From the NCBI GenBank assembly GCA_964252035.1, contig OZ176201.1: DNA of 64,000 nucleotides. One strand, written 5' to 3'. The notes under the pieces were generated by a model. The model worked only from the letters and a program-made list of their open reading frames with translations. It made no database searches and was not told the origin of the DNA. The DNA comes from Podarcis erhardii. Lineage: Eukaryota. Below, in pieces: positions 23,845-36,283 of the stretch (position 1 is its first letter; the number at the start of each line of letters is the position of its first letter). The position numbers and the translations under genes are program-made.

Positions 23845-25087
23845 ATTTTGCTGATCACACTTGAAAATGTGAATTTGAATGCAGGTTGCCCCCCCCCCCC
23901 AAGTAAGCTAAATTAACAATTACTCTAAACATTGACTCTAAATGAATGTTTACTCTGAGTATCACCCACAGATGGTCAGAAGTTTGTAGCCTCGTTTTTG
24001 TTTTGTTTTTAGGTTCTGTTTTTACAACCAAGCGGTGTCTATATTTTATTAAATAAATAAATTGTACAGTTTCGTTTCTCTGGCCACAACCCAACGTGAG
24101 CATTGAATCTCATGGTTGCATTGTTGCTACTGTGTCTCACTTAGAATATGGGAGAGAGCAATCCACAAAGGATATATAGCCTGCTTCACTGTGACATCTG
24201 CCACTGCTGGCTGATCAATCTCCTCTGCCCTACTGCTTTCGCTCTGTTACTTGCTTGGTTTCTCCCACTGTGTAAAAAGAAACACTGACATTAATAGCAA
24301 TATAAATGCAATGTCTAATGTTATATCACTTCAAATTACTAAGTAAATTTTGCTATTCATCTCTTTTGCTACCGAGGCAGAATTTAATAAAATGAGACCA
24401 ACCTGAAACTTCTTTCCAAAAGACAGTTGTTAGGAAACTTTTAATAAAAATAAAAAGGCAATTTCTTTAAGGATCATGTGCGATTAAGATAATGCATGAG
24501 TGTACCTGTTGAGATATTAATGAGCTCCCACTGGGGTATTATTAAGTGCACAGTTTGCTGTAATTTCACTTTCAGCCTCCTATTAAGTTTTATTGATATG
24601 GGTTCCAGACAACACGAAGGGGGGGGGGGAAATGCCACAGAAAACAGATTCGCAACCTTTTGAACCAAAGTTATTTGGAAAAGTTATTTTAGCATCCGTT
24701 TCCTGGTGGCACAATGCACTTTGCATATAAAGTAAGAGGACTATGAAGAAATTTGCAGTCAGACACTAAACAATTCAATGTGATTGATGGATGATTAACG
24801 GCTCTGAATGGGTTTTGGGTTTCACTTGTACTGATGTAGAAATGTTCCTCTGTCAGAGCTCAGATCAGTTCTCCCAGCTGTTCTTTGTTCACAATTTACT
24901 TCACTAATTGCATAACAAAAAAACTCTGGCATTCCAACAGCAATGAATAATAATTTGCAGCCCTGAATTAAAGTTATTCACTTAGAAAGTGCTTCCACTG
25001 CTAGGACAAACACCAAGGGCCCTTCCCCCTGGAATGCAGTCTGAGACCAAGCGCTCATGCCCAACAGCATGACAATATCATCCAAGT

Positions 25088-25440
25088 AAAGGTAAAGGTA
25101 AAGGGACCCCTGACCATTAGGTCCAGTCGTGACTGACTCTGGGGTTGCGGCGCTCATCTCGCTTTATTGGCCGAGGGAGCTGGCGTACAGCTGGTCATGT
25201 GGCCAGCATAGCTAAGCCGCTTCTGGCGAACCAGAGCAGCGCACGGAAATGCCGTTTACCTTCCCGCCGGAGCAGTACCTATTTATCTACTTGCACTTTG
25301 ACGTGCTTTCCAACTGCTAGGTTGGCAGGAGAAGGGACCAAGAAACGGGAGCTCACCCCGTCACGGGGATTCAAACCGCGGACCTTCTGATCGGCAAGTC
25401 CTAGGCTCTGTGGTTTAACCCACAGTGCCACCCGCGTCCC
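25088..25440 (-). mobile_element. Full-length Sauria SINE
   Basis: (aaaggt)n tail on plus strand; ends cccgcgtccc; highly similar to the other copies. Confidence 0.93.
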
Positions 25441-25789
25441 TTTACATCTGTGCAATTACATTTAACTCCCCCCCCCCGATTTTTTTTTGCTTTTGAAGCT
25501 TTCAGATCTTCCAGCATAGTAAAAGCCAAAGGAGACTCCTGTTTCAACTTCTTAACATACCCTAATTTAGTCTGCAACCTTATAGAAACTTATCTGGGAG
25601 CAAGCCCCTTTAAATTCTGAGATGTTTACTTTTGAGTTGGCATGCACTGAATTCTACTGTGAAGCTAAATGTAAATATAAATATACCATTGTAATGAAGT
25701 GTTGGTTTATTTGACTATTGAACCAACATCTGAAATTAAGTAAAAATAATTATAATATGTTCAGCAAGCGATCCATTACATGCTAACTA

Positions 25790-26041
25790 CAGTGGTGCCC
25801 CGCAAGACGAATGCCTCGCAAGACGAAAAACTCGCTAGACGAAAGGGTTTTCATTTTTCGAGGTGCTTCGCAAGACGAATTTTCCTATGGGCTTGCTTTG
25901 CAAGACGAAAACGTCTTGCGAGTTTGCTTCCTTTTTCTTAAAGCCGTTAATACCCGGGGAATCCGCGCTCCGCAAGACGAAAAAATCTCAAGACGAAGCA
26001 ACTCGCGGAACGAATTAATTTCGTCTTGCGAGGCACCACTG
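25790..26041. mobile_element. Tc1/mariner MITE (CGCAAGACGAA-repeat family)
   Basis: TA|CAGTGGTGCCCCGCAAGACGAA ... TTCGTCTTGCGAGGCACCACTG|TA; multiple internal cgcaagacgaa motifs. Confidence 0.9.
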
Positions 26042-27137
26042 TATACCACTTCACCACTGAGGATGACATATGCTAACTAATCACAACACTGGCATGGCTT
26101 GTCTAGTGAAACATTTAAACTTATTTCAGAAGAAATACTCAGATTAAGAGAACTGGAGTGGCTGAACAAAAGAGGCTGCTTTAATACAGTCTTTCATATA
26201 GTGAAATTTTTGCAAAAACATTAAGCTGTTTACAGTTCACATTTTCTCCCCTTACTTTGCCTGCTCATGTTTGCCAATTACTAAAGCTACTTGTGTTCAA
26301 ACAAGATCCTGTTTGCTCAAATCCCAGTCTTTCTCCTTTGTTATCTTTGTAGTGCATTCATAATGATGAATTAGCAACTCTGCATTACTGGGGCAGTAAA
26401 TGTAGAAAGCTTTTGTAAGGAACAGACACATTTGTGGCTTTAGGCATTCTCAGGTCACAACTTCATAAAGGGCAACATTTTGGATAAAGTCTCAGGTTTT
26501 CAATACGTTCATCGCCCTCCATTAGAGCATTCAGGACTTTAGAGTCAAGGCACCCACAAACTCAACACAATATGCAAAACATAAAACACAGATTAAAGCA
26601 TCAGAAATAGAAAAACTAGTGTAAATATCTCCTGAAATAAAACTCACTAAACCTGGTGTCTGAAATTTAGCAGGGACGGGTCCTGCAGGCTTTCTATTAG
26701 AATAGAGTTTCAAAGAGCTGGACACACTATGCTAAAAGCACAACTGCTTGTTGACATGTGCTTCTGGTCCATGAGGAACCATTCACAGTTCTGGCGTACA
26801 AAGAGCATATTATTGTATAAACTTTCAAGATCATCTGATAGGATTATTTAGCAATGGCTGATCAGACTACACAAGCTGTATGGAGAAAACATGGCCAAAG
26901 GTACACGACAAATTACGCAACAGAAAGGGGAAGCTGCAGTAATGCCTGGAAAGCCTTGCACAACTGTAGATTATATAGGCTTTTAAACTTGCTACCTGTC
27001 CCTCAAGACTGTATCCAGAAGAGTCCGTTAACTGCACGCTTCCTCATGAGAACAAGTTCACTGAATAAGGGAGCCTCCTTCTGCTTATTAGACTGCAGGA
27101 TTTCAGTCCCTTTGAAACAGGCAGGCAGGCAGACATA

Positions 27138-27450
27138 CAGTGGTGCCCCGCAAGACGGAAAACCCACTAGACGAAAGGGTTTTCCGTTTTGGAGGCGCTT
27201 TGCAAAACGAATTTCCCTATGGGCTTGCTTCGCAAGACGAAATGTCTTGCGAGTTCCTGCAGGTTTTTTTTCCCTTTTTTCCTCTTTTTCCAAGCCGCTA
27301 AGCCGCTTATCAGCTGATCCGCTAAAAGCCGCTAAACCGCTAATAGCGCTAATCCGCTAAGCTGTCAATGGGCTTGCTTCGCAAGACGAAAAAACCGCTA
27401 GACGAAGAGCCTCACAGAACGGATTAATTTCATCTTGTGAGGCACCACTG
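27138..27450. mobile_element. Tc1/mariner MITE, second copy of the CGCAAGACGAA family with a (CCGCTAA)-type internal expansion
   Basis: TA|CAGTGGTGCCCCGCAAGACG ... GAGGCACCACTG|TA; same orientation as 25790-26041. Confidence 0.9.
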
Positions 27451-27475
27451 TATCTCAATACATTTGGCAATGTGC

Positions 27476-27476
<1 letters not shown>

Positions 27477-27518
<42 letters not shown>
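27477..27518. repeat. (ATT)n microsatellite
   Basis: Direct reading. Confidence 0.95.
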
Positions 27519-27519
<1 letters not shown>

Positions 27520-27671
27520 CTCACTCCTGAAATCCGTAAATATTAGAACGCATGCCAGTAATTGTGAACACTGAGCTTAAAGATGCATCAACATTGTTAA
27601 TTGTAGGCAGCTAAAAACTAGAAAAGATTGCTGTGATTGTCTATCAGCTCTTGCTTCAAAATCTAAGGTTT

Positions 27672-27863
27672 TAGTTCTGTGGTGGGGCACCTGCTTTCCA
27701 TGCTGAAGGTCCCAGATTCAATCTCTGGCACTGCCAACTAGAAGGGTCAGGTAAATAGATTATGAGAAAGATCTTTACCTGAGAGCCTGAAGAGCCAGTC
27801 ACAGCTAGACAATACTGGGATCGATGGACAAAATGGCCTGGCGTAAGGCAACTTCCTAGGTTC
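27672..27863 (+). mobile_element. tRNA-derived SINE, Squam3-like (decayed)
   Basis: tagttctgtggtggggcacctgctttccatgctgaaggtcccagattcaatctctggca head; ...agacaatactg...gatggac...taaggcaacttcctaggttc tail. Confidence 0.65.
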
Positions 27864-28689
27864 ATAACTAGGTAAGTCACAGTGCCAAAGAACAAGCAGA
27901 TATACTTTGATGCAAGGTTATTTTCTCTCTCAATGAAACTAAAAAGAGAAACAAAATAAAACCACATATGTGCAAAACAGAACCCCACATTTCATTTTTC
28001 TCTTTGGAAAATGCAACTGCATCAGCCGGTTTAGTGTTTGGCTTTCAAAGACTAGTTTTGAGGCACATCAAGTGCATCGACGTTCTGCATGTATGCACCT
28101 CCATAACAACGACAAATTCAATCCTTCCATCTCTTCTGGCACACTCACATACTGTGTATTGGTGGTGGGATGCTATATGCAAGGGATGCCCTTGTTCAAG
28201 TTGACCACTTTGTTGGCTCAACTAGAGACATTCAGTAGTAAACTGGTCAGTTTACACTTAAATCCCAATATACGGGCTATGAGTTTGTGCAAAAAGCTCC
28301 TCCTGCCCATCTGAGGCATACAAGGAGAAAAAAATGTTGATATTGACATCCTTGGTCAGTGGCTGCATCTGCATATTCTTATTCCAGTATGGATGAGTTT
28401 GAAAGGAACATGGTGCTTTGAAGCATATAATTTGAAGTCTTACTTGACCCCCAAATTCACTTGTCTCTTTTGAGGTTATGTTTCAGACCAATTATTAGCT
28501 GAGCTCACTTGAGGATGGGGTTGCTCTGGAGCCCTCTTAACCTTTCTAATTAATGCATTGGGTAATTATATACTGCAACAAAGTTGCTTCTGTCACAACA
28601 AAGATACCGCTATATCAAAAGGGTGGAACATCGCAACTAGGATCAAAACTTTGATCAAGGAATGGAAAAGCTCCTCTAAGAGGAAAGGA

Positions 28690-29150
28690 TCCAGCACTTG
28701 ATGATTTTTAGTTTACTGAAAAGGTGAGTAAGAGGTGATATGGTAGAAGTTTATAATATTGCACATGGTATGAAGAAAGTATATACAGAGAAGTTTTTCC
28801 ACCTCCTTTGGAACACTTGCTGAATGTTGGAATGTTCAAGACAGATAAAAGAAAGTAATTCTTTATGCCACACATAATTGAACTATGGGACAGACTCCCA
28901 CAGGAGGCAGTGATGGCCACCAACATGGAAAAGAGGATTAGACAAATTCACAGAGGACAAGGTGAACAGCTGTAGTGGCTATGTTCTACCTCCACTGTCA
29001 GAATGTTACACCTCTAATTACTAGCTGCTGGGAATCACAGGTCAGGCGTTTCCAAGGGGCATCTGGTTGGCCACTGGGTCAACTGCTGGCCATTCATATC
29101 CAAAATTGTATAACACATACAAGCTGCCCTTTGCTCATTTGCAAGGCAGC
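28690..29150 (+). mobile_element. CR1 LINE 3' fragment
   Basis: Remnants of RGDMVEVYNI.HGMKKV...FKTDKRK.FF...IELWDRLPQEAVMATN...GLDKF plus a 3' UTR similar to 3583-3930. Confidence 0.75.
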
Positions 29151-29208
29151 TCTCTCCCTGGATTTGTAATCATTCTATGCTATCGAGGAAAACTGGAGCT
29201 GGATGGTT

Positions 29209-29506
29209 GACTCTGGGGTTGCGGCACTCATCTCACTTTATTGGCTGAGGGAGCCGGCCTACACTTCTGGGTCATGTGGCCAGCAATACTAAGCTGCTTC
29301 TGGCGAACCAGAGCAGCACACAGAAATGCTGTTTACCTTCCTGCCGGAGTGGTACCTATTTATCTACTTGCACTTTGTGCTTTTGAACTGCTAGGTTGGC
29401 AGGAGCAGGGACCGAGCAACGGGAGCTCACCCTGTCACGGGGATTCGAACTGCCGACCTTCTGATTGGCAAGCCCTAGGCTCTGTAGTTTAGACCACAGC
29501 ACCACC
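29209..29506 (-). mobile_element. Sauria SINE, truncated
   Basis: Aligns by eye to the other copies; lacks the 3' tail. Confidence 0.9.
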
Positions 29507-30018
29507 AAAAAAGGAGGAAAGGGCAGGGAGACTGATAGATAAGGATGGTGGAATCCACCAGGCCTGATCTCAATCAGTCTGAACAGATCTGAATGAAAAT
29601 TCTGGGAACACATGGTCATCCCTACTTTCCCTGTTCCCATGCATAAAGGAGACTTGGTTACTTCCAGTTATTCTCACTCTTCTTAGTTATTTAAACTTGT
29701 TACCCTACAGAAGCCTTAAGTACAAGGTTTACTGGGGTTTCAAGCTTCGTGGTGCCTTATTGTTGTTTCCATGTCTAACGGCCTTCTACTCTACCAAAAA
29801 TAAACGAACTGCCTATATCCCTTTCTGAAAATGTGAGGTGCAGTCGATACTGCCACATATAGCTTGTTGTGTTGCTTTAGACAGTTCAAGCTGGAAAAGA
29901 AGGATATAGATATTTTAAATTAACAAAGACATACACAGCCTACGTGTACGGCAGGACCTTTTTAGCTGAGCCTGGAACCTTTTACAAGACAGAATGTCTT
30001 CATTCACACCTATGGCTT

Positions 30019-30019
30019 C

Positions 30020-30051
<32 letters not shown>

Positions 30052-30110
30052 AATTTTATTTATACTCTGCCCTCCCCGGCCGAGACCGGGCTCAGGGCGG
30101 CTATCAACAA
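30019..30110 (-). mobile_element. L2 3' terminus with (AAT)n tail
   Basis: Reverse complement matches the terminus at 58970-59067 (ccctgagccc...ggggagg...ataaataaaa(att)n). Confidence 0.75.
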
Positions 30111-31129
30111 ATGAACAAAATGTTGACACAAGGAAATATTTTTTTAATAACCCCCCTCCCCCACAAATTGGATGCTTTGCTCTAATGCACATCCATTAGG
30201 CACACCCTTCAAGGCTTCTGAAAAATCTCAAGTCTTGGGTATTTTCACTTACTCTTGCACATCACAAGTTCTTTATAAATTTGCAGGATTCTATTAAAAG
30301 CCAGCCTATAAGGCCACAATGACAGTTTTACAAGTCCTAAAAAGACCCAGCTATTAAACCATAACAAGTCAAGTTTCAAGCATAAGACATTTTTGGACTG
30401 GATAAATGAGCTGTGCAAAATCATAAGCATGTATAATTTTGATTTATGAGCAGTACACAATGATTTAGAATGGAGGGAATGAATGGAGGAAGTCCTCACT
30501 TCCCCTGAATCCCTGCAATAAATGATAAGAAACAAGCAGAACTAGTTTATAATATGATGGACCAATCAGAAGATACGTCTGCATTCTAGCTGATCCTCTC
30601 CACACGTGAAATTTCCTATGGTTTAGTAGCCAATACGAGCATGGTGAGGTGGTTCATTTGCAGTTATACACTGTCACTGCTGAAGAGCAATTGATATGGG
30701 ATGGTTCATTACTTGTGATAATTGGGAGGCAGCAGTAGAGGCTGGAGGCAACTCAGTCAGCAAGCGCATGGCTGATGATTGGCTAGCATCCCTGCTGACA
30801 TCAATAGCTGCCCTGTAGACTGTTAGTCAACCAGCAGACATGCACCTTTATGGTGTCAATTGAGCTACCCTTGCTTCCACCATCATCTACCAACAGTCTC
30901 CAGTTAGAATAGGCATTCCTCTACCCTCTTATGTCCTTTCCTCAGGGACAGAGCATCTCTGCCAGATGCTGCCTTAGTTGTTGCCGGTGCTAGTGACTCT
31001 TCTAAATTCCTTGGTCATATGTTGTTGCTTGACTGAACCTCCCGGAATACTGTAATGCTTTCAACAGAACTCTACTAAACTCATCTGGTCAATAAGATGA
31101 GTAATTTTGCTTCACTAAGACATTCATTT

Positions 31130-31262
31130 GGACTGAAGGCAGCCCTGTTCAGGGAGGTATTTAATGGTTGATGTTTTACTATGTTTTAAATATTTTTTGG
31201 GAAATAGCCCAGAGTGTCTGGGGAAACCAGTCAGATGGACGGCATATGAATCATCATAATTA
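31130..31262 (+). mobile_element. L2 3' terminus, decayed
   Basis: ctgaaggcagccctgttcagggagg...cccagagtgtctggggaaaccagtcagatgg matches the termini at 37135-37250 and 40598-40710. Confidence 0.75.
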
Positions 31263-31388
31263 TCACCATGGGGAAATGTAAACTGACCAATATGGTCAAC
31301 TCTAGTATGGCACCACTAAAACCGCCAGAGTTGTGCCAGAGACTTGGGAAACTTGTTTCACCGCGGGCCTATTTGACTGATATTCATC

Positions 31389-31480
31389 AAGTTATTTATT
31401 CTGAGCCTCAATGCCTACCTACATGAAAATGAGAATGATAACAGAAGCTCTACCTCACAAACTTGTTCTAAGTATTGAAT
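31389..31480 (+). mobile_element. Ancient CORE-SINE (MIR-like) core fragment
   Basis: aagttatt..tctgagcctcaatgcct.cct.catgaaaatgagaatgataac...ctacctcacaaacttgttctaagtattgaat resembles the MIR core consensus as I recall it. Confidence 0.55.
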
Positions 31481-32085
31481 AAAACTTGGGTAGCAATTTA
31501 CATACGTACTATAAAAATAAGAACCGTAGCAAGATTGTTATTCTGCCCTGAAAACTGAGGAAAAGGAGATTAAATATACTGACTAGAGCCCATGTGTTTT
31601 AAAAGTACACACTTGAAATATTGTGGGTTTTGTGTGTTGGTTCTCATGCGCTGGCATGATTAACAAACTAGCAAACAGGTTGGAAAAATCCCAGGATAAA
31701 GTGAGTCCTTAATGAGTATGGTAAGCCAAGCTGTGTGAGTTAAATTAGGACCTGCCAACCTTTGGGGGGGGGGGCTGTTGTGGATTCTGCACACAAACAT
31801 ACCAAAACCAAGCACATATCACAGCTATTGGGTACAATGGAATGTCTCTTTTATGCTTCATTTCAGTAAGGAGAGCGACATGGGCAGGAACCAGAAGGCA
31901 CGGGGGGGGGGGGGCATATCTAGGCCTTCTACATTGGCAACACTTGAGTTACGCAGTCTACTCTGCTGCTACCCTTTTGCTTCTCAGATACAGGAGAAAG
32001 GTACCCCAGTTCAGGTTCAAGCACTTTGCTTATCTGCTTGGAAGGAAAATGAGGGTGCTGCTGCTGATGATGATTAAGTATGCTT

Positions 32086-32442
32086 AGGTAAAGGTAAAGG
32101 TACCCCTGACCATTAGGTCCAGTCGCGGACGACTCTGGGGTTGCACGCTCATCTTGCTCTACAGGCTGAGGAAGTCAGCTTTTGTCCGCAGGCAGCTTCT
32201 GGGTCATGCGGCCAGCATGACTAAGCCGCTTCTGGCAAACCAGAGCAGTGCACAGAAACGCCATTTATCTTCCTGCCAGAGCAGTACCTATTTATCTACT
32301 TGCACTTTGATGTGCTTTCAAACTGCTAGGTGGGCAGGAGCTGATATCGAGCAATGGGAGCTCACACTGTTGCGGGGATTCAAACCGCCAACCTTCTGAT
32401 CGGCAAGTCCTAGGCGCTGTGGTTTAGACCACAGCGCCACCT
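32086..32442 (-). mobile_element. Near full-length Sauria SINE
   Basis: (aggtaa)n tail; conserved body; head ends acagcgccacc. Confidence 0.92.
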
Positions 32443-33872
32443 GCTCACATACTGCTTTTTGTCACAAGTGACCTCAAACCGGTCTACACACAAAAATATA
32501 AACAAATCACATTGTTACAAATCACAGAACAATCAAACTGAGAGAACCTTGTGTTGAAACACCATTCATGTCCTGAGAAGCAGAATAAAACCAAACTAGA
32601 TGAATCTTGCTGCTCATAAAATGTGCTTCTTATATTGAGAAAAAGCATGACTTTTATATGCCTTCTGTAACTATAATAGAGATTTTTGGGGGCCTAAGTT
32701 TGTTTATAAAACTCCCTCCCGCCCACCCCTCTACCTGCTATAAATACATAAGCAAACTGCACATTCAATTTCCCCCCTAGCAGATGGGAAAAGAATAATT
32801 ATTCTAAGAACATATTATTTGCAATTTAAAATTGGATCATGAACTGGCTGGCACTGTGGATTTTCACAGAATTTTATCCGAGTTGATAATGTGAACTGGG
32901 AGGGAGGATGTGAAATTGTTTGGGGAAAAGTTAATAGTTTAATGACCTACATATAGCTCACTAATACCTGCAGTGTTTCTCAGTGCTATTTCTACAAGAG
33001 CTTTCAGTAAACTAGCTGAAAGCCTTTTTAAAAAAATAAAAAATACCTTATATGCTAATATTGATAAAAATATAAACTGCTTCTTCTATCATCTCCAAAA
33101 ATAGCTCTGTAGTGTGTGCGTGTTGGCTTTTGTTCAATAGACACTGCAAACTTGTTAAAGCGTCACGTTTATTTGCCTTGGTGGCTAACTGCAAAAACAA
33201 GAGAGGGAGAAAACTAACAAATGCCAAAAGAATACCACTTGTGAGTTAATGAAGGAACTGAGAGAGAAAAAACACACAAAGACCCTAAAGAAAGGGAGCA
33301 TAAAAACAAACCTTTACAATGGTAAGTGAGCGTCCTGAGTGGATTTCCCAACTCTCGAAGTGAGCAGCGTCTCAACTGAGGGGGAATTATGTCGTTCTTA
33401 AATAATATTCAGCGTTTATATAGTGCAGAATGAGTGTTTGAACCCCTTCACATAAATTATTCGCAATAGTCCTTTGAGATATAGCACTATTTCACTCACA
33501 TTTGCAAATGGCCCCTGAGGATAAAGGCTTTCCTGAGGACACTTTCTGAATTTGTGGCTGAGGAGAGCTTGAAACAGGGGACTTGATTCACGGCTCACAT
33601 TCAGTCGCTATGCTGTATCAGCTTCTCGTTTGTCCTCCTTTCCACTGTATTAGAAGTCTAATATCCCCTTCTGTGTCCTCCCGAAAAAGATTGTGTGTGT
33701 ATTTCTTACTTGTCTGTATATGTGTATGCGTGTGTGCACGGATACATACATACATAGCTCTCTTCAGTTGTTTATTGGGTGAAGAAGGAAAGTGGGCACA
33801 AAAGGAACCAACAGATTCACATCAATGGCTTCCTGCTTGGTCTCTGAATTGGGATTTCCCCCCTGGTTCTCT

Positions 33873-34428
33873 CTTTTTTTTTTTTTAAATAATTTTTATT
33901 AATTTTCATAAACAAAAAACACACAAATAAAAACATTCACAAACAACACATGACTTCCCCATACCTCCCCTTCACTGCACCCTTGTTTCCAATTTTTTAG
34001 CAATCCTTCATTCCATTTCTATATTTAACTTCCCTCAGGTTCTCTTAACTTAAACATTTACAGCTATAATTCTCTGTTTCTTACCCCTTGACATTTTATC
34101 AGTCTGAAATTTTACAGCAGTTCTTGAGATATATTTTAAATTTTTTCCAGTCCTCTTCCACTGTCTCTCTCCTCTGATCACGGATTCTGCCGGTCATCTC
34201 TGCCAGTCCCATATATTCAGTCACCTTCGTCTGCCATTCTTCCAGAGTAGGTAATTCTTGCATCTTCCAATACTTTGCCAAGAGAATTCTTGCTGCTGTA
34301 GTTGCATACATGAAAAAAGTCCTATCTTTCTTTGGTACCAATTGGCTGACCATACCCAAGAGAAAAGCCTCCGGTTTCTTTGCAAATGTCCACTTAAGGA
34401 TTTTCTTAATTTCATTATAGATCATTTC
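33873..34428 (-). mobile_element. 5'-truncated L1 LINE with poly(A) tail
   Basis: Open frame MIYNEIKKILK...PEAFLLG...YATTAARILLAKYWK...PTLEEWQTKV... typical of the squamate L1 ORF2 C-terminus; poly-T at 33874-33886; perfect 22-bp TSD GGGATTTCCCCCCTGGTTCTCT (33851-33872, 34429-34450). Confidence 0.92.
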
Positions 34429-34675
34429 GGGATTTCCCCCCTGGTTCTCTGCTGTGTCTGAACTTATTTCCCAAACAGTTCAGGGAGCAAACCGCTAATG
34501 GACTTGATCCTTCATTCCTTGTTTGTCTTGTCAATAATTTAGTGCCAGTTACAGACTGTCATTTTACATAGCAGCATTATTTATGTACAACACTGCAAAA
34601 AGCAGTTTATGACAACAATAAATAAAAATAGCATTATTAATACTAATTATAAGCTGCTTTCTCTCTAACACTGTA

Positions 34676-34859
34676 CAGTGGAAGCGCGGGTTGAGAACAT
34701 GATCCGTGCAAGATGCGCATATGCAAAGTGCAATTTAGCACTTCTGCACATGCACAACTGCCAAAATCCGGAAATAACCTGTTCCAGTACTTCCGGGTTT
34801 GGGCGGTCCGTAACTTGAAAAAACGCAACCTGACGTGTCTGTAACCCGAGGTATGACTG
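34676..34859. mobile_element. Tc1/mariner (Tigger-like) MITE
   Basis: TA|CAGTGGAAGCGCGGGTT ... AACCCGAGGTATGACTG|TA, imperfect TIR. Confidence 0.7.
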
Positions 34860-35068
34860 TACCACAGAATTAGGGATAGGCCTTTCAGTCAAGTCTCTAG
34901 TCAACTGAGCCATCAGCAAAGGAAATTGCTCCTCTCTAGAGAGCTGATTCGCATATTGATAACTAATGATTTTTTTAAAAAATCCTTTTCATGATATTAC
35001 ATGTGAGCCTATGCTGGAAGTTTTATGGGATAAATGCAACAGAGATTTAGCAGTAGCCTAAGGAGTAC

Positions 35069-35593
35069 AGGGACACAGGTGGCGCTGTGGGTTAAACCAC
35101 AGAGCCTAGAACTTGCCAATCAGAAGGTTGGCGGTTCGAATCCCCGTGACAGGGTGAGCTCCCGTTGCTTGGTCCCTGCTCCTGCCAACCTAGCAGTTCA
35201 AAAGCACACCAAAGTGCAGTGGCGTAGTGTGGGGGGTGCAGGGGGGCCGGCCGCACTGGGCGCAACGTCTGGGAGGCGCGCTCGCACTCACAGCTCTCTG
35301 CCCCTTCCTAAAATCTACGGGTTAGGGGGCGCAAATTACTTGCCTTGCCCCGGGTGCTGACAACCCACGCTATGCCACTGCCAAAGTGCAAGTAGATAAA
35401 TAGGTACCGCTCTGGCAGGAAAGTAAACAGCATTTCCGTGCGCTGCTCTGGTTCGCCAGAAGTGGCTTAGTCATGCTGGCCACATGGCCTGGAAGCTGTA
35501 CACCGGCTCCCTTGGCCAATAAAGCGAGATGAGCGCTGCAACCCCAGAGTCAGCCACGACTGGACCTAATGGTCAGAGGTCCTTTTACCTTTA
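35069..35593 (+). mobile_element. Full-length Sauria SINE interrupted by a hAT MITE
   Basis: Head gggacacaggtggcgctgtggg; tail ttttaccttta; 12-bp TSD CCTAAGGAGTAC (35057-35068, 35594-35605). Confidence 0.93.
35217..35380. mobile_element. 164-bp hAT MITE nested in the Sauria SINE
   Basis: TIR CAGTGGCGTAG / CTATGCCACTG; perfect 8-bp TSD CCAAAGTG (35209-35216, 35381-35388) made of SINE sequence. Confidence 0.92.
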
Positions 35594-36264
35594 CCTAAGG
35601 AGTACTGGAATAAACTCCAGTTTTAATGGCACTGCTATGAGTATGGATTATGTGTCCCTCAAAAGAGACTGTGAAATGGTTTCCTTCCTCAGGATGAAGA
35701 AAGGAAAAGACAGCCTGGAAAGGTGCTGACTGAAAGAGAGAACTGTGGGAGCATGTCAGTGCTGGGGTCTATAGATGCGACTGGAGAAAATCCTTGGTAG
35801 GAGATTGAAAGTAAAAGGTAGTGCTGGAGTCATTACACAAATTGACTCTGCTGGAAAAACCTAGGACTAGAAAGACCAGACATGCTGCTAAACACACACT
35901 GTTCTACTGCTGAATTGGCAGCAAGAGAAGCTTAGTTAAAGAATTGTTAAGGTGTCAGCAAAGTGTTTTACCAAAATTTATTAGCAGCACTGTCATTTAC
36001 AAGTCAACTGAAAAGTAAGTTCCATCAAGTTAAATGGGACTTGTGCTGGTTTGATAGGCATGTGTCAGGGTGGCTGCTGTGCAGTAATCCTAGTCTGTTT
36101 ACGGATATGAAACAACAGTAATCTAAAATTATTAAATTTACTGCGCAGCCCAGACTAACCTATCTGAATTACCTAATTCCCCCCTCCCTCACAATTATTA
36201 AATTAAACTGAAATTTAGAATGCTGTATGTCTTCCCTTTTCATGTTCTGAAAGCCCCTTACCAT

Positions 36265-36283
36265 CAATGCCATCTAGTGGCCA
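36265..36283 (-). promoter_or_regulatory. Candidate CTCF binding site
   Basis: Reverse complement TGGCCACTAGATGGCATTG fits the CTCF consensus GCCASYAGRKGGCRSY with one mismatch; lies outside recognised repeats. Motif only. Confidence 0.5.
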
